From contig NC_092375.1 in assembly GCF_030028105.1 (NCBI RefSeq), positions 37,237,130 to 37,301,129 of the forward strand: a stretch of 64,000 nt of DNA, given 5' to 3'. The position numbers and the translations under genes were made by a program. Numbering within the stretch: position 1 is the stretch's first letter; each line of letters starts with the position of its first letter. This document shows, in pieces, positions 26,455 through 40,380 of this stretch. The stretch is from Mobula birostris (taxonomy: Eukaryota). The notes beneath the pieces were generated by a model. It saw only the letters and a program-made list of their open reading frames with translations, had not been told where the DNA came from and ran no database searches.

Positions 26455-28140
26455 GACCATAAGATATAGGAGCAGAATTAGGCCATTTGGCCCATCACGT
26501 CTACTCCACCATTCCACCATGGCTGACTTTTTATCCTTCTCAAACCCATTCTTACTTTTTCCCCATAACCTTTGATGCCCCGACTAATCAAGAACCTATC
26601 AACCTCTGCTTTAAATGTACCCAATTCATTGCCTCCAGATCCATCTGTGGCAGTGAATTCCACAGATACATTACCCTCTGGCTAAAGAAACTCCTCCTCA
26701 TCTCTGTGCTAAAGGGATGTCCCTATAATCCAGGGTTCCCAACCTTTTTTATGCCATAGACCCTACCATTAACTGAGGGGTGGCATAGGAACTCCTGCTC
26801 TATTTTGAGACTGTGCCCTCTGTTCCTAGATTCCCCCACTATAAGAAACACCTTCTCTACATCCACTCTATCCAGGCCTTCCAATATTCAACAGGTTTCA
26901 ATGAGATTTCACCGCCCTCCTATTCTTCTAAACTCTAGTGAGTACAAGCCCAGAGCCATCAAACACGCCACACACGTTAACCCTTTCATTCCCAGAATGA
27001 TTCTCATGAACCTCTTCTGGACCTTCTCCACTTCCAGCACATCTTTTCTTAGATAGGTGTCTAATACCGTTCACGCAAGTGCGGTCAGCCCAGTGCTTTA
27101 TAAAGCCTCAGCATTACATCCTTGTTTTTATATTCCAGTTCTCTTGAAATGAATGCTAACATTGCATTTGCCTTCCTTGCCAATGACTCAACCCACAAGT
27201 TAACCTTTAGGATACCCTGCATGTCCCTTTGCACCTCTGATTCCTGTATTTTCTCCCCATTTAGAAAATAATCTACGCCTTTATGCCTTCTGTCAAAGTG
27301 CGTGACCATACACTTCCATCTGCCATTCTTTGCCCATTCTCCTAATCTGTCTGACCCCTTCTGCAGACTCTCTGCTTCCTCAACACCAACTTCCCCTCCA
27401 CTTACCTTCGTATCATCTGCAAACTTGGCAACAAAGACATCACATCCAAATCATTGACATATAATATGAAAAGAAGCAGTCCCAACGCTGACCCTTGTGG
27501 AACACCATTAGCCTCTGGCAGCCAACTAGAAAAGGCCCCCTTTATTCTTACGATTTGCATCTCACTAGCCTTCTGTCTATGCTAGTATTTCTCCTGTAAT
27601 ACCATGGGCTCTTATCCTGATAAGCTGCCTCATGTGCAGCACCTTATTAAGGCCTTTAGAAAGTCCAAGTAAACAGTATCCACTGATTCTCCTTTGTCTA
27701 TCCTGCTCGTTATTTCATCAAAGAATTCCAACAGACTTGCTGGGCAAGACTTCTGCTTAGGGAAACAATGCTGACTTTCGCTTGTTTTATCTAGTGCCTC
27801 CAATTACTCTGAAATCTCATTCTTAATAATTAACTCAAACATCTTCCCAACCACTGATGTCAGGCTAATTGGCCTATAATTTCCTTTCTTTTCTCTCCTT
27901 CCCTTCTTAAACAGTGGAGGAATGCAATTTTCCAGTACTCTGGAACCATTCCAAAATATAGTGATCCTCGAAAGATCACTACTAATGCCTCCACAATTTC
28001 TTCAGCTATCTCTTTCTGAACCCTGGGGTGTGGTTTATCTGGTCCAGGGGACTTATCTACCATCAGACTATTCCGATTCCCAAGCACTTTCCCCCTTAGT
28101 AATAGCAACTATGCTGACTTCTGCTCATTGACATTCTCTT
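26455..28140 (-). mobile_element. CR1 LINE fragment
   Basis: KSPGPDKPHPRVQKE, KANAMLAFISRELEYKNKDVMLRLYKAL, and a 3' tail. Confidence 0.85.
26731..26797. mobile_element. Tiny hAT-like MITE inside CR1
   Basis: CAGGGTTCCC...GGAACTCCTG termini interrupt an otherwise continuous CR1 sequence; the TSD is degenerate. Confidence 0.5.
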
Positions 28141-28911
28141 TAAAGGAACTCGTTGAATATTTCGAGTTAGGAATATGAAATGACAAACAGTATCAGAAAG
28201 ACGTCCACTTCTTTCTCACTGCCACGTTCTTCATGATCTTCATTTTTCTTGACTCCTTTAATAACTGGAAATCTATTAATCACTCATTTGTATGAACTTC
28301 GTAGCAGTCTTCACAACCCTCTGGAGTTGAGAATTTCATCACTCTCTGCATGAAGTTTCTCTGCAACTCAGACCCAGATAAAGTCCCCTTTTGTTCAGAG
28401 TTTGTACCTCCCTGCTCCTAGACTCCTCAGCCATGAGAAATATTTTCCAGCATCCAGCCTAACTTATCCTTCAGCAACATTTAAGTTTCATGAAGATCTC
28501 TTCTCATCTATAACCTACTCTCTACTCAATCTCTCCTTACACGGCAAGTCCACCATCCCCGAAATCAGTTTACTGAAACATTTCTTCATTCCCTCAGCGG
28601 CAACTATATTCTTTCTTAGGTTAGTAGTCTCACCAAGGCCTATATAATTATATTAAAGCTTCCTCATTCTTACATTCAAATCCTCACATGATCACTTGTC
28701 ATCCCAATTACTTGTTGGAATCGAATATTCAGCCACCTGTGTACAATCACCTTAGCATATCAATACCTTTCTGTCTCTCACCACTTAATAAATATACGCT
28801 TCTACTCCATGCATGATTCGAGTATGATTTTGCATTATTTTCCGCAATATATTCTCTCAGACAGCTTTCACCCACTCATTCATTTTGTGTACATCCCCTC
28901 AATGTATCTAT

Positions 28912-30950
28912 GTCAATAGACAATAGACAATAGGTGCAGGAGTACGCCATTCAGCCCTTCAAGCCAGCACCACCATTCACTGTGATCATGGCTGATCATC
29001 CACAATCAGTACCCTATTCCTGCCTTCTTCCCATATCCCTTCAGTCCGCTATCTTTAAGAGCTCTATCTAATTCTTTCTTGAAAGAATCTAGAGAATTGG
29101 CCTCCACTGCCTTCTGAGGCAGAGCATTCCACAGAACCACAACCCTCTGTGTGAAAAAGTTTTTCCTCAACTCCGTTCTAAATTGTCTACCCCTTATTCT
29201 TAAACTGTGGCCTCTGGTTCTGGACTCCCCCAACATCGGGAACATGTTTCCTGCCTCTATCGTGTCCAATCCCTTAATAATCTTATATGTTTCAATCAGA
29301 TCCCCTCTCATCCTTCTAAATTTCAGCGTAAGCAACCCCAGTCGCTCCGATCATTCAACATATGACAGTCCCTCCATCCCGGGAATTAACCTCGTGAACC
29401 TACACTGCACTCCTTCAATAGCTAGAATGTCCTTCCACAAATTTGGAGACCAAAACTGTACAAAATACTCCAGGTGTGGTCTCACCAGGGCTCTGTACAA
29501 CTGCAGAAGGACCTCTTTGCTCTTATACTCAACTCCCCTTGTTATGAAGGCCAACCTGCCATTAGCTTTCTTCACTGCCTGCTGTACCTGCATGCTTACT
29601 TTCAGTGAATGATGAACAAGGACACCTAGATCTCGTTGTACTTCCCCTTTTTCTAGACACCATTCAGATAGTAATCTGCCTTCCTGTTCTTGCCGCCAGA
29701 GTGAATAACCTCACAGTTATCCACATTAAACTGCATCTGCCATGCATCTGCCCACTCACCCAACCTGTCCAAGTCACCCTGGATTCTCATAACATCCTCC
29801 TCACATTTCACACTGCCACCCAGCTTTGTGTCATCCACAGATTTGCTAATGTCGCTTTTAATCCTTCATCTAAATCATTAATGTATATTGTAAACAGCTG
29901 CGGTCCCAGCACCGAGCCTTGCAGTACCCCACTAGTCACTAACTGCCATTCTGAAAAGGACCCATTAATCCCTACTCTGTGTTCCTGTCTGCCAACCAAT
30001 TTTCTATCCATGTCAGTACCCTACCCCCAATACCATTTGCTCTAATTTTGCACACTAACCTCCTATGTGGGACCTTATCAAAGGCTTTCTGAAAGTCCAG
30101 GTACACTACATCCACTGGCTTTCCCATGTCCATTTTCATAGTTACATCCTCAAAAAATTCCAGAAGATTAGTCAAGCACGATTTCCCCTTTGTAAATCCA
30201 TGCTGACTCGGACCTATCCTGCCACTGCTATCCAAATATGCCGCTATTTCATCTTTTGTAATTGATTCCAGCATCTTCCCCACCACTGATGTCAGACTAA
30301 CTGGTCTATAATTGCCTGTTTTCTCTCTCCCTCCTTTCTTAATAAGTGGGACAACATTAGCCACCCTCCAATCCGCAAGAACTGATCCTGAATCTATAGA
30401 ACATTGGAAAATGATTACCAATGCATCCACGATTTCTAGAGCCACCTCCTTAAGTGCCCTGGGATGCAGACCATCAGGCTCTGGGGATTTATCAACCTTC
30501 AGTCCCATCAGTTTACCCAACACCATTTTGTGCCTGATGCAAATTTCCTTCAGTTCCTCTGTTACCCTAGGTCCTCTGGCCACTATTACATTTGGGAGAT
30601 TGTTTGTGTCTTCCCTAGTGAAGACAGATCCAAAGTACCTGTTCAGCTCATCTGCCGTTTCCTTGTTCTCCATAATAATTTCACCCATTTCTGTCTTCAA
30701 GGGCCCAACTTTGGTCTTAACTAATTTTTTCCTCTTCACATACCTAAAGAAGCTTTTACTATCCTCCTTTATATTCTTGGCTAGCTTACCTTCGTACCTC
30801 ATTTCCCCCCCCCCCACCTCGTATTGCCTTTTTAGTTATCTTCTGTTGCTTCTTAAAAGTCTCCCAATCCTCTGGCTTCCCACTCATCCTTGCTATGTTA
30901 TACTTCCTCTCTTTTATTTTTATACTGTCCTTGACTTCCCTTGTCATCCT
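28912..30950 (-). mobile_element. Relatively young CR1 LINE (5'-truncated, RT to 3' tail)
   Basis: 281-aa open RT segment (NYRPVSLTSVVGKMLE, QHGFTKGKSCLTNLLEFFE, YLDFQKAFDKVPH), [18 protein letters not shown], and a (CAATAGA)n tail. Confidence 0.95.
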
Positions 30951-31319
30951 TCGTAGGCACAGTCCAACCTTGCACAGTCCAATCATCATGTCATTGGAAA
31001 TGTGACAACTGGTGCCCTCAGCCAAATTGTTGACATGGATTGTTAATAGCTGGAACCCACTCACCTCAGTCTTTCTCTCTCCTCTGCTCTGCCATCCGAC
31101 AAAACTTACTAAAGCATGAGAGTGCTTATAACTCAAGGACAGCTTCTATTCCACTCCTGAATGGATCTCTTATACATGGTCTCTTGATCTCCCAATCTTC
31201 GCGGCCTTGCTCTTTATTTATCTGCCTACACTATGCTTCCTCTGTAATTTTAACACACCATTCTGTTACCTTTTTTTTCTTCCTTTTGTACTAGCTTCAT
31301 GTACGTAAGTATGGCTACT

Positions 31320-32720
31320 CCCTTTAAGAAGGGAGGAAGGCAAAAGAAAGGACATTATAGGCCAGTTAGTCTAATCTCAGTGGTTGGGAAAGTGTTGGAG
31401 TCTATTGTTAAAGTTGAGGTTTCGAGGTCCTGTACTTGGAGACTAGTGGTAAAATAAGTGAAAGTCAGAATAGTTTCTGTGAAGGGAATTCTTGCCCTGA
31501 CAAATCTGTTGCAGTTCTTTGAGGAAGTAACAAACAGGGTGGACGAAGGTGAGACCCTGGATGTCACTTACTTGGATTTTCAGAAGGCATTTGATAAAGG
31601 GCCACACATGAAGCTGCTTAACAAGATAAACTCCTATGGCGCTGCAGGAAAGATATTGGTGTGGATAACAGAATGTCTGACAAGCAGGAGACAGCGAGTG
31701 GGAATAAAGTGGGCCTTTTTTTGGTTGACTGCCGGTGGCTAGTGGTGTTTCTCAGTGGTCAGTATTGGGACCGCTACTTTTCACATTGTTTGTCAGTGAT
31801 TTAGATAATGGAATTGATGGATTTGTGGCAAAGTTTGAGGATGATACGAAGAGGTAGGTAGTCCTGAGGAAGCAATGCAATTGCAGCAGGATTAGAGAAA
31901 TTGGAAGAATGGGCAAAAATGTGGTGGATGGAATACAGAGTTGGGAAACGTATGATAATGCATTTTGGTAAAAGGAACAATAATGCGGACTATTATCTAA
32001 ATGGGGAGAAGGTTCAAACATCAGAGGTGCAGAGGAACTTAAGAGTCCTTGTGCATGACTCCCAGAAGGTTTGTTTACAGGTTGAGTCTGTGGTAAAAAA
32101 GAAAAATGCAATGTAGGCATTTATAGCAAGGAGATAATACTGAAGCTTTTTAAGACAATAGTCAGGCCGCACTTGGAGTATTGTCAACAGTTCTGGGCCC
32201 CATATCTCAGAAAGGATGTGTTGTCATTTGAGAGAGTCCAGAGAAGTTTCATGAGGATGAATCCAGGAATGAAGGGGTTAACATATGAGGAGCATTTGCC
32301 AGCTTTGGACCTGTACTCACTGAAATTTAGAAGAATGTGTGGGGGATCTCACTGAAACCTACCAAATGTTGAAAAGACTAGGTAGGGTGGATGTGGAGAG
32401 GATGTTTCCTCTTGTGGGGGTACCCAGAACTAGACAGCACAGGCTCAACATTGAGGGGTGACTTTTTAGAACAGAGGTAAGGAGGAATTTTTTTAGCCAA
32501 AGAGTAGTGATTCTGTGGAATGCTCTGCCACAGACTGTGGTGGAGGCTAAGTCCGTGCGTATATTTAAGGCATTTTCTGATCGGTCAGGACATCAAAGGA
32601 TACAGCAAGAAGGCAGGTGTATGGGGTTGACTGGGATCCGAGATCAGCCATGATGGAATGGCGGAGCAGACTCGATGGGCTGAATGGTTTAATTTTGCTC
32701 CTATGTCTTATAGTCTTATG
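31320..32720 (+). mobile_element. CR1 LINE RT and 3' end
   Basis: YLDFQKAFDKGPH, EYCQQFWAPYLRKD, and a 3' tail. Confidence 0.88.
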
Positions 32721-33339
32721 GAATGATCTGTCTGAATGTCAGGCGAACAAAAGCTTTTTATTATATTTCATCTCATGTGACAATGATAAATAAAATCACC
32801 AATTACCCAAATACAGATATCTGTGATAACCCATTAGTCGCCCCTGATCTGCATATTCCTACTCATGTCTTTCTGTCCGACAACTAATTCTTATACAACA
32901 GTGTTTTCTAACTGGGCTGACAATTCTCCCTTGTGGAACTTTGTTAAAAGCTTTCCAAAAATTCAGATACACCAAATTCTCCAGACCCCCATCTATTCCA
33001 CTGGTCACATCCACAAAGAACGTCAGAGACTATGCTCGCTGGTAGGTTAAAGGGCTACTGTAAATGACCTTTTGTAGGAGAATCAGGGTGAAGTTGATCA
33101 GCATTTGCGAGAGTAGGTTACAGAAGGTGACTCTGATGGAGGAAGATGCTTTGTAGCCTGGCAGAGCTAATGGGCTGAATGATTTCCTTTGATTTCATGA
33201 GAAATGATGAAAAATATAACAAAGGACAACAGATTAGCCAGACATGATTTTCTTTCCATGAATCAATGCCCAACCATTTTCTACCTCCGACCTTTCATTA
33301 GAATCCACTGCTGTTGCATGTGTCACCTCCTCTCACTGC

Positions 33340-33570
33340 CATTTTATCTATCTTTAGGGGTCTGATGGAGATGGGAAGTCTCTTAAGCTTGCTGATATGC
33401 AGATCCTTCTTGCAGTTATCACTGTACTTGACATGAAGCTAGTGAATGTTGGGCCTACTCCACCACGGTGACCAGTTAGGTCAGGCCCTCTTTTCAGCCT
33501 TGGCTGGGAAGATGTACTTTGACTCCAGCGGCAATCCTATGGGAAGATCAGCACCTCTTTAGCAGCTAGA
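33340..33570 (-). mobile_element. Ancient RTE-type LINE remnant
   Basis: Minus frame gives KYSDNCKKDLHISKL, resembling the RTE RT C-terminal RYKDxCKRDL motif. Confidence 0.4.
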
Positions 33571-35004
33571 GCCCTGAAATCAGTTAATACTACTTGAATT
33601 TAGTGTGCAATCTGACTTTACACATGCCAGGTATGATTTATTATTCAAATGTACACATGCTTCTGTAAAAGGTGTGGACACATAAACCACATAACAAACT
33701 GCTGGAAGCTTTACATGCGTAGCCATTTTGTACATGTTTTTAACGGACTTGGCGACTTCTATCAAAATGGCTTCCTGAGCCTTGCAGGTCACAGCCCAGG
33801 AAATGGGAGTGGATCAAATATATTCTTTTTAATGTCCTGTGGATTCTTCCAACCCTTCTAACCGACAGTGAATAAAAATAGCATTTAGTGCAATCAAAAT
33901 ATAATTTCTAAAAATATTTCTGTAGGCTGCATTTATAGCAATAGCAAAACCAAGGTATAGTTGTTCAGCATGTGTGAAGTACAGTGTAAAGATTAGCCTT
34001 CGAGCATTTTGAAAAACTTCCTGTGTGAGGAGGGTTTTTTAAATGACTTAAATTTTACTGAATCCTTTTACAAATTTTTCCTTGAACCCTTGAGTCAGTG
34101 TTGAAATTATGTAAATCATAGCTTACAAAACATAAAAATATCCATAAAATAAAAAACAAACATGGCAGAAATAAATATCAATATAATAACCATGTGTGTC
34201 TATTTAGACCTCTATTAACATAAAAGACTGCCATTCAACAATACGCTTCACCACATATTTACCACTATTTCCACCCCAGGAAACTTAAATATTTGCCCCA
34301 TTTTTGTGTATAGATGTCCAATCTATCAAACTGTTTGTAAGACATGCGTTCAAGAGCTGCCACTTTGGTTTTTGCTTATCTGGCATCAGTTGCACTGTTT
34401 CATACAATGTATGTATGCCTTTGATCTTTATTTAAGCCATGTAAAATAAAAAGTTCAAATAAACCTATTATCAAAGTATGTAAATGTCTCCATATATTTT
34501 CTTGATTCATTTTCTTGCAGGCGTTCACTATAGAACAGAGAAATACAATGGAGTCTTTGAAAATCTACACGTGAACAAAGACTGACAAACAACCAATGTG
34601 CAAAAGGAGACCAAAAGTTCATACATTACATATATATGTAACCAGACCTGACTATAATTTGATTTCTAAGAGATGTACTGTATGTCCCTCAGCTCCTCCA
34701 AGCCGAGTGAGACACTGCAGTCGGTTTGTTGGCCACCCCTTATCTTCCCTGCACAAACCTTGTAGCTAAGTATTTCCCCATTGGTTCATAAACTGGAAGC
34801 TTGCTCTGCAGAATCTCCTCCAATATCACATCCAGAGCTGAGCAGATCGACTCTGTGTTTGTAAGTTCTGGCCATCCAGCCCCTCTCAAACCAGCATGAG
34901 GCAAGAACTGAATTACAGTCCTATTCGGTCTGCTGCAGATTTCATGTCTACTTGATCAACAAAGTGCTAGTTGTACATTTGGATTAAAAAAAAACATTCA
35001 TAGT

Positions 35005-35480
35005 AACATAGAAATCTACAGTACATTACAGGCCCTTCAGCCCACAATGTTGTGCTGACTGTGTAACCTACTCTAGAAACTGCCTAGAATTTCCCTACTG
35101 CTTAGCCCTCTATTTTTCAAAGCTCCATGTACCTATCTAAGAGTCTCTTAAAAGACCCTATTGTATCCACCTCTATCACCTTCGCTGGCAGTGCATTCTG
35201 CCCACTCACCACTCTGTGTGTGAAAAACTTACCTCTGACATCCCCCTTGTACCTACCTCCAAGCACCTTAAAACTACACCCCCTCATGTTAGGCATTTCA
35301 GCCCTGGGAAAAAGTCTCTGACTATCCACAAGATCAATGCCTCTCATCATCTTATACATCTCTATCAGGTCACCTCTCATCCTCCGTCACTCCAAGGAGA
35401 AAAGGTCAAGTTCACTCAACCTATTCTCATAAGGCATGCTCTCCAATCTAGGCAACATCCTTGTAAATCTCCTCTGCACT
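35005..35480 (-). mobile_element. CR1 3' end
   Basis: RGDLIEMYKMMRGID...RGKFFTHRVVS; same subfamily as 61990-62545. Confidence 0.88.
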
Positions 35481-36989
35481 CGCTCAAAGGACAATATAAA
35501 ATTCATGTTAGTAGGTTGACTATGGTGATTATGTGCAGGACAACTCAAGGCCATTTACTTCATGGCTGATGATTAATTAGGACTGAACTATTCTGGAGCC
35601 TGTTTTTGACAACTAGTTTTATCTGATGATACTTCATATTGTTTTGGATTTCAAAATAATACTGGTGTGCATTTGGAGTCTTTCAGCAAGGTTTTTTTGA
35701 TGAATGTATACATAGCCAAATGACTAAACAAACTGGCAAATGTGGAAATAACGTAAATGTCAGAGTTCATGAAGAAAGATAATTTTATCAAAGAATAAAT
35801 TCAGAAAGTTTAGGAAGCACTTAGCAGGTTAGACAGCATCTGTGAATAGAGAAATCAGTCTTTTGTTTTAATTCAATGTGCTTTCACTACTTCTGTTGAA
35901 AAGGTATCAAAGTCAAATTTCAGCTTTTCTCTCCACAGGTGCTGTCTGGCCTGTTGAGTCTTTCCAGAATTTTCTGCTGATACTTCAGGTTCCACCATCA
36001 GTATTTTGCACTTTCTACCAAAGACCTGTGGCTGTCAGCTAGTTATTTTGGACATTGGCAGCTGCACAATCACCATCTTTGCCAAAAGGATGGAAATAAT
36101 GGCTCCATTTTTTTTTCCTCTACACAGCCAGAGGACAACTTCCATCCTTCTTGTGGAGGAAAAGAGGAAGTGCCGATGTTTAACTTAAAGAAGAACTCCC
36201 TAACCCATACATAAGCCAGGGGTGAAGAGGTGAGAATCACAGAGTAACTTCCTGGTAAGTATTGCCTGTTGGGCATTACTTCACTGTGTGGGCAACTCTG
36301 ACCATTGGTGTGTCAGATGCAGCTCGGTCCAGAAAGAGAACTGCAGGTCAAACCAAACAACATAAGCTAGAAATTATTGCTGTGTCAGATCATGTAAACA
36401 TACAAGATTAAAATATTATTACATTGACACAGGTTTCAAGCACACTTTTATTGTAATTAAAAGGGAAGCTGTGAAGCATTTCATATTCTTGGGATATCCC
36501 TCCATATTATACAAACAGTACATTTCTCAATTGCTATGCAATTACTTTTACTACAGCAAAGCTGCATCGAAAGATGAAAGTATTTTTCTTTGAGTTTTCC
36601 TTCATTCATGTTTATTACAAATAAGTCTACTGTAGTCTGGTTTTCACCATTTATGGGCACTTCTTGATGGGCAGCTCAGTGATGATGGTAGGAGTTACCT
36701 TCCTGACTGGATTCTCCTCACTCCACCTCCATGGCATTTCATTTTTGTTCCAGATTCTAGCACTCCTTTTGTCTTCACACCTGGAAATGCTTGATTTTTT
36801 TTCAGTTACATGAAACAAGTTAGAAATGGTCATTACTATGTTTCAAAAAAACTCAGCCATCATTGGCACAATGCAGAATAAAGGAGTTTTATGGAATATA
36901 CTTCCCAGACACCAAGACATGCTCAGAAAACCGGAGGCAATGCCTTCATTACAATGACTATCACCTATCATGTGGCAGGTTTTAGCCCT

Positions 36990-37880
36990 TGGAGTCATAG
37001 GAGAGTACAGCACAGAAACAGGCCCTTGGGCCCATCTAGTCCATGCCAAACCATTTAAGCTGCCTACACTGGGACCGTAGCGTCCATGTCCCTACTATCC
37101 ATCTACCTATCCAAACTTCTCCTAAACGTTGAAATGGAGCTCGCATCCATCACTGATATGGGCAGCTTGTTTCACACTCTCGCAATCCGTTGAGTGAAGA
37201 AGTTACTCTTCATGTTTCCTGTAAACTTAGACGATAAGATCAGAAGATATAGGAGCAGAATTGGGCCATTTGGCCCATCAAGTCTACTCTGCCATCTCAT
37301 CCTGGCTGATCCATTTTCCCTCTCAGCTTCAGTCTCTTGCCTTCTCCCTGAATCCCTTTCATGGGCTGATTAATCAAGAATCTATCAAACACTGCCTTAA
37401 ATATACCCAGTGACTTGGTCTCCACAGCTGCCTGCGGCCACAAATTCCACAGATTTGCCACCCTCTGGCTAAAGAAATTTGTTTTTGTCTCTGTTCTAAA
37501 TGGACATTCCTCTATTCTGAGGCTGTGCTCTCTGGTCTTGGTCTCCCCCACCATAGGAAACATCCTCTCCACACCCATTCTGTGGAGGCCTTTCACCATT
37601 CGAAAGGTTTCACTGAGGTCACCCTTCATTCTTCTGAATTCCAGTGAGTAGAGGCCCACCCAGAGCCATCAAATCCACCAAACCAAGCTGACTGTCCCTA
37701 ATCAGTCCTTGTCTATCCAAATCCTCATATATACAATCCGTTAGAATATTTTCCAATAACTTTCCCACTACTGATGTCAGGTTCACCAGCCTATAACTTC
37801 CTGGTTTAGTTTTAGAGTCTTTCTTAAATAGCAGAGCATCATTGGCTGTCCTCTAATCCTCCAGTACCTCACCTATTTGC
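36990..37880 (-). mobile_element. Stacked CR1 3' fragments
   Basis: GLYSLEFRRMKGDLSETF...NFFSQRVANLWN, plus two separate tails. Confidence 0.8.
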
Positions 37881-38439
37881 ATCAATGACTACAGAACATA
37901 GTACATCAAAGAATACATATATTCCAAATCAAAGTTATATATTAGAACATGTAAAATACCCTATAATGTCAACATTTCGAGAGACTTTGGGACTTTTTTT
38001 TACCGTGTCCATGGTCTGTTCTTTATCAAATTACGGTATTGCTTTGCACTGTTGTAACTATATGTTATAATTATGTGATTTTTGTCAGTTTTTTTAGTCT
38101 TGGCTTGTATTGTGTTTCTGTGATATCATTCTGTAGGAACATTGTATCATTTGTTAGTGCATGCATTACTAAATGACAATAAAAGAGGACTGCGTGTCCT
38201 CATAATCTAAATATATATATATATATATACCATAATGCTCGCCTTTACCCCAGGAGCTCATGAAGGCTACCAGATTGTATTAGAGAAAATTTGCAGCCAT
38301 GAAGGGCAATCTCAAAATTACTGGACTGGAAAACTTGGCCTCAAGTGCATCTTCCAGGCAAGAACATTAATCTTCCGGAGAACCCAGATGACAAAAACAG
38401 GTAGGCCACTGGCGATGTGACAATACCGGGGCAAGGAAT

Positions 38440-38760
38440 ATTGAGTTCTTGAAAGTTGAGTGCTCCTTGGAACTACACCCTGTCTCCAGGATGATGCCGT
38501 GGTGTTCTGTTGGAGAATAGAGTGCTGGACTGCTTTGGTCTTCAGCAGGCCTCACTGAAGACTAGTAAAATGGCATGCCATGTTGATAGCCGTCCAGGTT
38601 ACAACAGGCTAGGCTTCCAGCCAAACAGTTCAGCCTATGTGCTGTGGAAGTTGAGATACTGAACATCAGACATATCCTGGTGGTTGAGCCTACACAGTTT
38701 TCATGGTGTTGACCGTGTTGGAAAGGATGAGATTTAAGAACGGCACAAATGCTGTGCACC
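38440..38760 (-). mobile_element. Rex1/Babar-type LINE fragment
   Basis: Reverse complement resembles the 8520-8947 and 46960-47560 copies. Confidence 0.6.
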
Positions 38761-38934
38761 CAATGGTTCAATAGTTCAATTTAATTTCAGAGAATGTATA
38801 CAGTATACAGCCTGAAATCCTTATTCTTTGCAGACATCCACAAAACAAAAAACCCAGAGAATTAATGACAGAAAACATTAGAACCCCAAAGTGCTCCCCC
38901 ACCCCCCACGCACAAGCAACAGCAAGAGCATTCA

Positions 38935-39165
38935 CCCCTCCCCCTCCTGTCTTCTCCTATCATTTTGGATCTCCCCCTCCCCCTCCTACTCTTCGATCTC
39001 TTACTAGCTCTTCTTTCAGTTAGTCCTGACGAAGGGTCCCAGCCCGAAACGTCGACTGTACCTCTTCCTATAGATGCGGCCTGGCCTGCTGCGTTCACCA
39101 GCACTTTTTTATGTGTGTTGCTTGAAATGCCAGCATCTGCAGATTTCCTCGTGTCTGCGTTTTTA
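38935..39165 (+). mobile_element. PLE pseudo-LTR 3' piece inserted into an older repeat
   Basis: Near-identical to 150-360; ccctcc at both junctions. Confidence 0.8.
39022..39057 (+). ncRNA. Minimal type I hammerhead ribozyme motif
   Basis: AGTC-CTGACGA-A GGG tcccag CCC-GAAA-CGTC-GACT. Confidence 0.65.
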
Positions 39166-39844
39166 AACCCTCCGCCCACTTGCTCCAGCAAAAGCATCAA
39201 CTCCCACCACCGAGCAAGCAATAGCAAAACCCCCAGAGACCCTGATCTAGAAGTCGTCAAAAACTCCTGTCCAGCCCAATACTTCGACATCTCAGACAGG
39301 CTCTCTTTCTCTCCCTCACATATCACTCCTGTAACAATCAGATAGGAGACCAACAGTTCATGGTTTCAATGTTACAATCTGTCCCGTTGCTTGTCCAAGC
39401 CCCCCGACTCAAAGACCAACAGATTCTTACTCACCATCGAGAGGGAGAGAGAGATTGCATGAGTGCAGGGGCCTTCCGACAGCTGCACACACTGCCCACT
39501 GTCTCAGCGTTACAACCTCCCGCAACAGTTCAGTCGGCAACATCAGCAGGGAATCAGGCTGTTCAAAGGGCCGCACTCTGAAGATGCACACCTTCCAGGC
39601 TGCACCCGGAGATATCGAAACACCAGGCCGCGTGGCGAGAGCGAGAAGCCACCGCCCGAGAGGACCATAGTTTGAGCCACAGCTGTAGATCACAGACTCT
39701 GACAGGACCCCAGCCACCTTGAAAGAGGAAAAAGAGAAATGAGGAGAGAAGAAATTCAACTGTTTCATGGACGAACTGGAAGAAGTCATCCAGGTCTGCA
39801 AATATCTCTGGCGCTACCTTTAGCTCCTTCCACTCCATCCAGAA

Positions 39845-40380
39845 TAACACACACACAACGTGCTGGAGCAACTCAGCAGGTCAGGCAGCATCTATGGAGG
39901 GGAATAATCAGTCAAACTTTTATGCCAAGATCCTTCATCAGAACTGGAAAGGAAGGGGGGAGAAACCAGAATAAGGTGGTGGGAGGAGGGGAGGAGCACA
40001 AGCTGACATGTCATAGATGAAGACAGATGAGGGTGTGGGTAGGAGAACGAAGCTGGGGAAGGTAAAGGGAGAAAGAAGAAGGAATCTGATAGGAGAAGAG
40101 ATCGAATATGGGTGAAAGGGAAGGTAGGGAACCAGAGGGAGGTGATAGGCAGGTGAGGAGAAGAGAAGAGATAAGTGGGGAGTCAGAATGGGGAATGAAA
40201 AAGGAGAGAAGGAGGAGAGGGATAGAAATTTCTGGATGTTGGAGAAGTTGATGCTCACGCCGTCAGGTTGGAACGTTCCCAAATGGAATATGAGGCCTTG
40301 TTCCTCCAACTTCAGTCTGAGAGTGCCCTCATCATGCCGGTATAGGAGACCAGGGACTGACATGTCAGTCCAGGCATGAC
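39845..40380 (-). mobile_element. Degenerate PLE 3' end
   Basis: EGTLRLKLEEQGLIFHLGTFQPDGVSINFSN, a pyrimidine tract and a decayed hammerhead at about 39910-39945. Confidence 0.75.

Noticed and set aside
36261-36288. Reverse 12-RSS (nonamer, 12-bp spacer, CACTGTG)
   Set aside because: The nonamer ATTGCCTGT matches GGTTTTTGT at only 4 of 9 positions, and no J-like coding sequence follows.
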